Shown one piece after another: positions 12,001 to 22,400 of a stretch of 64,000 nucleotides of DNA. The stretch comes from Takakia lepidozioides (Eukaryota > Plantae > Bryophyta), in the NCBI GenBank assembly GCA_030704615.1, contig CM060731.1, forward strand, positions 71,424,001 to 71,488,000, given 5' to 3'. Position 1 is the first letter of the stretch; each line of letters begins with the position of its first letter. The position numbers and the translations under genes were made by a program. The notes under the pieces are model-generated. The model was not told where the DNA came from. It did not search any database and saw only the letters and a list, made by a program, of their open reading frames with translations.

Positions 12001-15000
12001 GTCAGCTCAAACAGTTTGCGGAACCGCACACTGTTTAAGCAGAACATATCAATATTGAAGGGCGCAACATTCGGCCCTCATGGGCAGATATCTGAGGATG
12101 AAATGTATCATTTACTGCCAGCTCAAACAGTGTGCGGCAACGCACACTGTTTGAGCAGAACTTTTCAATGTTCTTTCCCTGTGAAAATCGGCAACATAGG
12201 GCAGGTCCGTGAGGATCAATGAACACTTACCTGGCAGCTCAAAGAACACTTACCTGTTTGATCCCACTTTTTCATGCATCAGTCGACGTTTCATGCCTCT
12301 CTTATAAGAATTTGAGTGAACAACCTTGCAGGAGAAAATGCAAAGTGTGGCGGATGAGGTCCCTCAGGGTCAGGGGAAGGAGACCATAGTTGATGTTGAC
12401 GATGAGTTTTATGAAAGCAAAGCCGCTGAGATGCTGGGGGGTCAAAAGGTGAACTCTCAGCTTGTGGTGCAAAGTATGCTTGCTCCTGGTGGGAGGTTGA
12501 AGATTCCCCTGTGTAGGTTGGTTTCCATGCCCGTCGTTCGTCCACCCCTTGTCAAAGACATTCTCAAGCTGGAGGCCGAGTTTGTTCATGGGTATTTGGA
12601 TGGATCCGCAGTCTTTTACGTTTCTACTAGGGATTCTAGAGGTAACGAGCTCCTTGTGGATGAGTCAATCGTCGACTCCTGGGACCCCATTTGGAGACAG
12701 GTGAACGAATCCTTCGAACTTCTTCTCTCCAGGAAACCTTCCACCCAGGTATTCTCAGGGAAGATGTTTCACGTTTGGGATGGCAACCACCGGTTGCTTG
12801 CATGGATGGCTGTCATTGGGAGGCTGCACTCACAGGAGGAAGAGTGGCATTACTCTGTTCGATCGATGGTGCTTGATTGTGACGACAACATGATGGGTCT
12901 TCTGACGGCAATGAATGATGTGAACAGGTTGGTTTCTCATTGTACATGTTGCACTTCTGGTTCAGTTCTTCCTTGATTCAAGTCCTTGAATTACATTCTG
13001 AAATTCAGATATCATTCTGCAGAGGGACGGAGACATCGCATGTCAAAACGAGTCTGGTTCACACACTGTACAGGATACAAAGGATCGGGCAGATGCCCTT
13101 GACCAACTTCAAGACCATCCTTTCGGCAGAGATGTATAAGAAATGCGAAAGCTCCAAGACTTCGGAAACGTGGTACTCGTTGACCCATGAGGCTTTCATG
13201 GAGTACATGTACACGGTGAGATACATCTTCCTTCATCTGGCCTTTCCATATTCCTGCTTCCACATGTTTGTTTCTGTCTGTCTCCCTTGACCTTGGATTG
13301 ATGCAACTCTCTTGCATTCCCTTGCAGCAAGACATTGCAGATGCAGGGGAGCGTGGCAAACTGGAATACTACAGCTCTACCCCTGAGGAGAGAAGGACAG
13401 CAAAGGGGGTTGAAAGTCACATCCAGAAGGAGATGAACGCTACAAGAAGGACAATAATGAGTGCTTTTGTGAAGCAGTTGAGAATTGCCGACCCATCATT
13501 CGGGCCGCAGTTTCTCCTGGAGATAAAAAACCATTATAATAAGCCAGGCAAGCCGGAGATGGCCCAGGAGAAGTTGCACAGGTTGTCTACCGCCGTCGTG
13601 TCTTCTGAACAGAAGGTGAAGTGGCTACAGATATGGAACTCCGATCCCACAGTTAGGGATACCCACATGTTCCCAAGGCCAGAGAAAGAGAAGAAGACCC
13701 AGCGTGTCGTTCCTGTCAGTGACAATGTGCTGGACACCTGGCTTCACAAGGCCACTTACTGGAGCCAGGTGTGATGTCCTCTCGTATCTCACTTTCTTTT
13801 CTCTTTTCCTGTCCTTCTCTTCCCATTGCCTCTTACATTCGCTGTGACTGTTTTTGGGTTCATTCTTCCATTTCAATTGTTTTGCAGTTGGAAGAAAGGG
13901 CCCGATCGGTTCTGCATACTCAGTTGGCTGATTATGGCATCACTATGACAGCTCCGAAGGTCTCCTTCGAAGCTTACATGAGGAAATGGAGAGCCACAGT
14001 GTGGCACTCTGGTTTCTTTAGAGAGTTCAGCAAGGAGGGTGGCATCAGTCGAACAAATGAGCTTGACCAGCAGGAAAAAGGAGAGGAAGCCTGGAAACGA
14101 TGCCTTTACAGGTGCACACCCTTGCACTCTTTACTTCTGTTGTGGTTGCAATGTGTTGTGTGGCATACTGTTTAAGGGGGTCTTCGTGGTGTGTTGAAAA
14201 AGCTGGGACACAATATGTGCATTGGAAAATGAGGCTGTGTCTGTTCCTGCAGGTACATTAAGTTTGTTCTCTTGGAAGAGAATTGCTTGGACAAACATCC
14301 AGATTTCGTGGACCTTTGGCTTGTCCCTGCTGGCAACCAGACCATGTTCACTGCTGGGATCTTGCATGACTGGGGCCCAGACTATCTTTCTTCTTGTGGT
14401 TGGTATTTGGATTGCCCTCCTTCAGAGACCCCAGCTGTAGAGTTGTCTTTGAGGAGAGAGAATGACCGTATTGCAGCCACTGCCGCAGCAGCGGACCTCG
14501 ACATTCATGAGCGTAATCTGAGGACTCTTGCAGAGAAGGAGCCTCCCGCTCAGGATACCCCGGGTAGAGGAAGAAAGGCAAAGGGAAAAGATGTTGCTGG
14601 TGTTGTGGGGAAGGGAAGGGGTAGAGGGAAGGTGGCACAAGGGCAGGGAAGTGTTGCAGCTATTGGCCCTGTGGAGCATGTCCAGCAGACTCCACCGCAT
14701 GGTAGGGGATCCGGGAGAAAAAACAAGGGGGTGGTTGATCCCAAGGACCCGTACCATGCAGTGGAACATCCCACGAGGGTCATTCGTCCAACCAGGTTGG
14801 AGATTGCCAACATCGGGTTCCTTGCCATGATGGAGTCGAAGAAATCTGATTACAAGGGCGAGCCATCACCAGTGTGGGAGAGGATTGTCGAGTTCCTCAG
14901 CACGGTGCGTGTTCTCTTTGGGTTCTGTGGCTTCTGCTCTCTTTGTCTGCTGTGGGCATGGATCGTTTATAAACTTGTCAGAATTCCATTGTATTTTTGT

Positions 15001-16067
15001 TTGCAGGCTAAAATGACCAAATCGTGGGTGAACGGGAAGGAGAAGCCATATGCAGCCGAACTCATCATCTTGGACATCCCTGATGGGTTGGCAGTCCCAG
15101 ATATCCCTCCGTCGGGTGCTTGTCCGGGTTGGAATGCATTTGATGAGCGCTACTGGCGGTGGGTTTTTTCCTTTTGCAACTTCTTCCTTTCCGATGCAGG
15201 TGTTTTGGTGCTCATCCAGTCCATCGATGTTCGGTGTCGCCGTGCCCTTGCCAGCTATTTGAAAGCCTCGGGCATGAGAGTCGTGAAGACATGGAATTGT
15301 GTGAACAACATGTACCTTACGAAGGGGGATCGTCCGGGAGAGATGGTGAGTTTCCCTTCTTCTTCCTCTTCTTTTTTGTTCTGGGATTGTGTTGTATAGG
15401 TCGCTCGAACTCATATGTAGGGGCCCGATTTTATTTTGGTTCTTAGTTCCTTGTGGATGTCATGTTCGCAGACTCGTCTGTTTGAAGCTGTTTGTCTCGT
15501 CCGGGTGCATCCACCAACGACTCCGGCCGGCATTACGGAGTTTGCCATCACTCACGGGGGCAAGTTCATAGATGACAGGACAGATCCTCCCACGGATGAC
15601 ATGCATCACAACTACGTCGACAGCAACGTGTGCTTGCGAAGGGGGAATGGGGTTCCTTGGAGAGGGGCGAGGGTGAGGAGCCCGGCTTTCATTCAAACGA
15701 TTGTGGAGTGCTGCACCTACACAGACGCCAGAGTTCTGGATTTGTCGATGGGCACAGGTTCGTCTCTTCAACATTCACATTTCATGAGGTTTGATTGAGC
15801 TTGCACTTTCAGCACTTTCCACCGTTCCGAATGTGTCTTCAATGTCTGCTTACTTCATTCTATTCCACTGCAGGTGCTTCGTACCACGCTTGCAAGGCCA
15901 GTGCGCGACATGTCTTTGGGATTGAAGGGGATGCTGAGATTTACAAGAACCTCCTGATGGGTTTGGGTGGACACACTTCTCAAGTCCTTCCGAAGCCCCG
16001 TCCCGCTGATACTGGTACAGAGGAGACTTCTGACAAGGAGCTGGACTCCGACTTTGCCTGTGAGTAA
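9067..16067 (+). CDS. Transposon-borne spliced gene: acidic N-terminus, ParB-N-like domain, beta-class N4C/N6A DNA methyltransferase-like domain
   Basis: Predicted phase-compatible GT-AG exons ~9067-9378, 12332-12927, 13023-13215, 13328-13768, 13888-14111, 14253-14904, 15007-15345, 15472-15757, 15874-16067 (exon 1 least certain); motifs FHVWDGNHRLLAW, LIILDIPDG, RVLDLSMGTGASYHACKASARHVFGIEGD. Confidence 0.75.
9450..12170 (+). repeat. Tandem array, 24 units of ~115-116 bp, each with a 36-bp palindrome gctcaaacagtgtgcg-gcaa-cgcacactgtttgagc
   Basis: Palindrome starts counted at 9461, 9578, 9693, 9809 ... 12005, 12121; two linker variants form a higher-order pattern. Confidence 0.97.
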
Positions 16068-16963
16068 GTTCAACCTGTGCATGCTTGCATTGTTGTTTCA
16101 ATATCGAGAATCGCTGTTCTTGAGGCAAAGTGCACATGGGAGACATCCTCTTCGTTGGACTTGTGCATTGCATCATTGTGTTAAAAATGGGATTTTGTGG
16201 ACATGTGTAGGAGTCCGCGTGCTTCCACTTGCCCTCCTGGGCTATCACACCTATTTGGACTTGTTTTCAGTCCTCCTCGGTCTTGTGTGCTACCTGTCTA
16301 TGCGGAGGCACTCGCAGCAAGCATGTCCGTTCATGGCACTCAGAGTCCACCTTGCGATGGCCTTCGTAGAACACGTGGTGTTGGGGCCAGAATCTTTGTA
16401 GATGACATAGCACAGGAGGTGGACACTGATTGTGATGACTGAGACACTTGATATGAAGTCTTCTTTTGGTTTAATTCTGGGACAAATTTGAAATGGGATG
16501 GTTCTGTGTCCTTATTGTCCTGTTTGCAATGTGTGCGTGGAATTCACATTCATGGTTCCAAACTATTGTTGGAGATGGGGGTTGCATGGACTGCCCGGAT
16601 TGTTCCTTCAATATATTTGTTGTTTTGTGGACCTCACAGACTTGAGTACATTGCAAAAACAAACAAACCACTTTGGTTCGTTTACATCATTCTCGCATCA
16701 TTTGCTAGTACGTCCCCAAACCATTCCTGCTAGAAGAATGGTTGGTCAATCCATCACGGTGAAGTCCACCTCATCAAAGACTGTTCAGGCATTCTCAATT
16801 CTCCCCACATCAACCCGCGGAAATAGGTGACACCACTCGGAAATAGGTGACATCCGCGGAAATAGGCACTGTTTGCATGCTGACGTGGCGTGAGCCTGTG
16901 CTGGGCTCACGCTTTCCTGGGCTCACAGGCTCACGCCTCCAGGCTCACGGAATAGCACCCCCC

Positions 16964-17328
16964 TCTTCACGGTAAGTGCGGGAGGCTCATCTTTCTCGAG
17001 TTGAGCCTCACCGCGCCTAGCTATGGCGCCATAGTGTGGATTCCCCATGGCGTGGGGTGCACTTGGCTTGACTTGTATTTGAGTGATGAGTTTATATATG
17101 CATGAGTTTATGCTTCAGCTTTGTGAACTCGCATGAGCTTGTGTTTGTATTCTTCTTCTTTATCATTGTGGTGGACTAGTGACTGCCATAGTGGGCAGCA
17201 TAGTGGCAGCCTAGTGACTAACTAGTGGCAGCCTAGTGGTTGGACTAGTGGCTGGACTAGTGTGTGCACATGTGTTGTGTGGTTTTGGACAACGATGTAG
17301 TTGTGTAGCGATATGTATGCGCACTACA
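16964..17328 (+). repeat. 3' part of LTR block A (to 17165), t, block B (17167-17328)
   Basis: Matches 43044-43244 and the B blocks at 3858-3998, 42064-42248 (minus) and 53527-53684. Confidence 0.88.
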
Positions 17329-17342
17329 TATAGCATATATGA

Positions 17343-18046
17343 TTAGGTCATATTTTTTGTATTTGTACATAATGGATTGATCTGGATTTTGATCATGGCA
17401 GAATGCGAATTCCAAAAATGTACTTGAGAGATGGAAACAGTTCCGTCGGCGACAATGCCAGTACAGGACGTTCCTGGACTAGCAAAATATATGGGCATAG
17501 CCGTGCCAAGCAAATTGACAACCACGCTTGTAAGACTCTCCATACTCCGACTTCTTTCTCTTTGGGCCTTTATGAGGGTGAGATGTTCCAGCATCAACGA
17601 GAGGTCCTCCACGCTTCAGTTTTTGGATCCTCCACTATTGCATTGTTGGTGCACTTGTCATTAGGACCGTAGCAGCATTGATATCTGGACATAAAATTCA
17701 AAATCGATATCCATTGACTTGTGGAAGCATGAAATCACAGTAGGTGGGAAACAAAAATGACAACAGACATGCAATGAGACTACAAAAGTGAATACATGAT
17801 ATTATTCAGAAATGTGTTGGCTCTGGGCGCTTTTCGCATGTTGGGTTCTACGTTATAATGGATATCCACCCAAAATTGAGTGGGGTAGTCCTCCAAACTC
17901 TCATCTCCAAGGACAAAGTCCGCAACTCTATCCCAAGGTATGCAGACCTTTTGAACATTCACTCGCACACCCATAAACCCATTTTGCGTCTTACTCTTCC
18001 AATGGAGATCTTTATTGTTGAAGGGTCCTAGTTTTGGTGTTTGCAA
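17343..18046 (-). pseudogene. Degenerate N-terminal fragment of a different MULE/SWIM-type transposase-like protein
   Basis: IPWDRVADFVLGDE..PTQF and downstream CCYGPND resemble plant MULE-derived SWIM zinc-finger proteins; recognised from memory only. Confidence 0.5.
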
Positions 18047-19436
18047 ACATTGTTAAAGAGGCCGTATAGCGGGCTTTCCGTTTTCAGTGTATCATCGCCT
18101 TCTGCTACGTCCGTGCTCTGTATAGTACATAAGACACGCTTCAGAACCTACAAGAAACGCGCCGTAGTACCCAGGACACAATCGACAACGTGCAAGGAGC
18201 AACATGACGCACGTTCGCGGCTGCTGGCAAGGGGTAGGCGACAGGGATAAGGTTTGGATTCTTGCCCTAAAAATGGAGAGCTCAGATGGGTTTTAAGAAC
18301 AGATGGTCCAGATCCGGCGTCGTCAGTGGACTAGAGGTTGGGGGACTGGCACAGCGGACTGGCCAACAGCGGACTGGAGGGCAGTAGACCGACGCAGCGG
18401 ACTGGTGGGTAGAATGGCAGAGTGGACGTGAGGGGACTGGCAGCGGCGAACGGCTGGTGGGGCTGCCGCGGCAGCAGCGAGCGCGGCTGGGCGAGCGCGC
18501 ACAGGGGGGGCGGGATGGGAGGAGCCGCCCCCGGGCGTCCATGCGCGGGGCCACCAGCTGGGTCGCGCGTCCGTGTTGAAGACACTATTATCTTAAAATG
18601 AGAGGCTATAGGCACACGAGTGAGTTGTAAAACTTAGGAGAAGAGTGAAGGAACAACGTTCCCTATGGAGAGCATAGAACAGTTCTTGAATCTGCATACG
18701 GATGGATGAGCGCATCTATAAGAGAGAACTTTTGACTGTCGAATATCCGGACATTCTAGTTAAATGTGCTGCAAGGAACATTCTCCTTCTGTTAATTATC
18801 GTTGACGGGTTAGTAACCTGCTTCAAGATTGTCTCGAGAATCTAGAGACGATGCCTGAAAACTCTCAGCCGCTGGTGGTGAAATCATACAAACTCAAACC
18901 AATTGTATCAGGGACAAGGAGAATATATCTCATCAGTGTAGAAGCAAACTGTGCAGAACTCATCGTATAAAACCCAAGCCTGAACTCACAGGGTCCTAAA
19001 TCTTCTCTTGTATTTTGCTTGCTCCCTCCTCGCCATCTTCGCAAGCTCTGAAGCTCTTGCAGCATCAACATAAGTTCTCAAGTCGCTCTTTTCAATTGAC
19101 GACGAGTGATGTGTCTGCACTCTGAATCGTCGCTCGCAGAGTTAGATCATATCGCAGATTTCCCTTACACCCATCTGCTGGATCCCTGCAACAAGTGGAG
19201 GATTTGCCTGAGGGCATTTGTGTGTGTGGATTTAGGGGACCCACTTGCTCCACCTTCTTGAAGAGTATGTTCATTTTCGACATGCATCTGCCGGCATTGT
19301 GAAGAGAATTGTTGCAAGCCAAGAATTGTACAGCTTGTGACTTCAATCGGAGACAGCAAGTCATAGTTTGGAACTTTTCTGGACATGTTCTTAGCTACAG
19401 CCCCTGAGAAGGACATAGTAGGGTGAGCAGAGAAGA

Positions 19437-22400
19437 ATGTCGATGGGTGGGGGAGCAGGCGGAGCGCTGGGACTTGTGCATAGAGGAGGGCAAGTATTGG
19501 CTACTATGGCACGGCACCAGTTATCAATCAAATGTAGCACTGGAACTTTAAAGGGCCAAAGAACAAGACCTCAAGTAGCCAACCATCACGAGGAGGTTAT
19601 GTTCCCTACAACCTCTGCTCAGACGGTTTTTTCACTGGCCAAATATACCCCAAGAGGCCTCAGAAATAGACATTCAGGTGAGCAGAGTGGAGTAACGCAC
19701 AGAAACCATCATGTTTTGTTAGGTGTACCTGAAAGTAATTCTGATTCCTCTGTCTCTTTTGACTCCATTGGAACTGAAGCTTTGCCAGCCTCGCCATCAT
19801 CAACCACTGGTTCATCAGAGCTGAGGCTCGTAAATCAGGTGGGCATTGATGTGGTGAATTCTCTTGAAGAAGTTGAAAACAAGATACCGACAGCAGCAAC
19901 TGCAAGACACCATGGAGATTTTCCAACAATGAATCCTAGAATGGATGATATCTGCCTACCTGGTGAAAGAAATCTCTCCTGGCCAAGACCAGAACCTGTT
20001 AGGTTGGACCAAGAAATCAACGAATTCCTGGAACAAGGCCAAGTCATCTCACCACATGCTACTTTGGAAGTGGAATTTGCACAGGAGCATGATGTAGCTA
20101 CCCAATTGCCATTGTTGAAGCCTGTAAAGGAGTCTGCAGCAGCTGTTGCATCAACAGAAGTTGCAGATGCGTCAAGAGGTCCGGCAGGAGATACATTAAC
20201 TGTGCCAACTATGGCTAGTGTAGAGGGCAAGAAGATCATAGAGCAGCTGCGAGAAATCATCCTATTTGCAGGCCCAGCTATGGGAATTTGGATGTTTAGT
20301 CCAGTGATGAGTTTAATTGACACCTCTGTCATTGGCAACAGTAGCTCTCTGGAGCTTGCTGCACTTGGTAAGTGCAATAATCATCTCTTAGCCTGCTCTG
20401 AACAGTAAAAGTAGTATGTTTCACAATAGAGACATGTTCTCTTCAATGTACCATGTCTTTCAAAGTCAGGATTTTGGGGACATTAACATTCTGAGATAAT
20501 ATCTATTTCATACAATCCTCATGGCTAGATGGACTGTCGTATCGGATCACATAAGGGGTTAGAAAAATTAGGGAGGAGGTTTTGAATGTCAAAGTATATC
20601 ATGTAGTGTGTGATATGGCATGACAAACTAAATCTGTTGGTGGACCTTGCTTATGATTGATGGTGATGAGCTTGTAGAATATCCAATGTATGTGACAGGC
20701 ATGAATCAAGTTTCCCTACTGCATGTTCTATGATGACACTTCCAGGGCTTAATAAAGATGCAGACTCTGCACGGCTTGTTCAGGTCAGCATTTATGTGGA
20801 TAGGAACGAGTTACCGGAAATGATGGATTCATAACTAAGAGAGTCCAATGTCCTCATCCTGTGTGGGGCTGTTGTCTCAGGGCCAGGAACTGTCTTATGT
20901 GATCATTTGTCCTATGTGTTTATGTTTCTGTCGGTGGCAACCTCCAACTTAATCGCCACATCTCTTGCTCAGCAGGTTAGTACTAGTGTTTTGTGTGGCT
21001 CCCTCTTTCATTAGAAACATGATCTTGAAGGATTCGACAAAAGCAGATTGGGCAGCAGTTTTTGATGTGAGTGCTGCTCAGGACTCCTGAGTGGATAGGT
21101 TGTGTTCCCTATATCTGTCCATTATAAGACTTGCATTGTATGGCTGACTTTCTGGGATATTTTGTAGGATGAAGCAGGGGCAGCGCACCATCTATCCAGG
21201 CTGTTGTTTGTGTCTCTAGTTTGTGGTGTGGCTATGCTTCTAATCATGGAGTTTGGGGTAACATCCTTGCTCCAAGGTAGGGAGGAACCTAATTCAGTGA
21301 AGGTGGAGGTTTTTAATGTTAATGAATTACACAGGTTATCAGTTCACATGTGGTTCTATTTCTTTAACTGTGCCTGAAATTTTGTGTTGTCACCAAATTT
21401 GCTAAAATGTCTTCTGGAATCTAGAGGAAGACGTATGTAATTTGGTTCCTTGTTGTTTTCAGCTTTTGTTGGGGTCAAGAATGCTAGTTTGATTCCGGCA
21501 GCGAGAACATATGTTAAGGTAACATGATCAAATTCATCAGTCCAAAGTCATTCTGGCTACACAGTATGAGTGCTGGACTGTCTCTTAGCGCATATTTTGT
21601 TGGTTCAGACGTTCATACTGCACTTGACTGCAATTTGAAAAAGCGGTAGTGTAGTAAGGTAGTGTTTCTTTTCTCCTTCTGTCCGTGCTTGATTGAGGAG
21701 GAGAGGGGCCCATGTTAGTAGGTAGAATATGGAGAGTGATAGTGTCATCAGACTTGAATCTTACTTTTTTCTGGAGGCTACTGTGAATATGTGCTAAAGT
21801 GTTGTTACATTGCTTTACAGATCAGGGCCTTGGCATGGCCAGCAGTGCTTGTGTGTATGGTTGCCCAGAGTGCAAGGTACATAATGACCACAATCTAAGC
21901 AGGAAAAGTCAATCGTGCCATATTCTTTATTGCAAAATGGGCTGGACTGCACCCATGCCACACATTCTTCCATAGATTTGGAATCGTCCCTAATTGTTCA
22001 TTTCCCTGGCAACTCTACTACTCGTCTTTTTGCAAAAATAGAATGTACTCAGAAGACGTTGTTTGCCGTAGCCATCGCAAAAATAGAATCAATGGAATCA
22101 GACACCACTGCTGATTGCTTTGTATGGCCAGCCTTGGAATGCAGGATTCATGGGGTCCCCTGAAGGTGTTAGCTATTTCAAGCCTTGTAAACTTCTCTGG
22201 AGACATTTTTCTATGCACCTTTCTTGGATATGGTATTGCTGGTGCTGCATGGGCAACAATGGCCTCCCAGGTGTGCCACTCTCTCTTGTTGACACCCATA
22301 TTAAGCTTCCTGCAGCCAGCATGAAGCCCATACTGATTTCCTTGACGTATGATGTATAGCGTCAGATTCTAAGCATCCTCATAGTCCATGGTCCAGGCAC

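Larger units (their letters stand above)
4136..16963. mobile_element. Mutator-like DNA transposon (MULE-1), 12.8 kb, inserted in an LTR block A
   Basis: 10-bp direct repeat tcttcacggt at 4126-4135 and 16964-16973; removing the insert restores the uninterrupted block A seen at 42919-43244; degenerate TIRs with GTGAGC motif clusters; MULE transposase inside. Confidence 0.9.

Noticed and set aside
9450-12170. CRISPR array (36-bp palindromic repeat with spacers)
   Set aside because: Spacers are ~80 bp and repeat as two subtypes rather than being unique; no cas genes; eukaryotic spliced context
9452-12226. Short ORFs within the array
   Set aside because: Recurrent by-products of the repeat on both strands, with no domain signal
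9067-16067. Bacterial contamination as the source of the ParB/MTase gene
   Set aside because: Gene is split by phase-compatible GT-AG introns and lies in a TSD-bounded element with a second diverged copy
18290-18580. GC-rich island with Pro/Arg-rich ORFs
   Set aside because: No recognisable domain; likely subterminal or promoter sequence of the adjacent transposase relic
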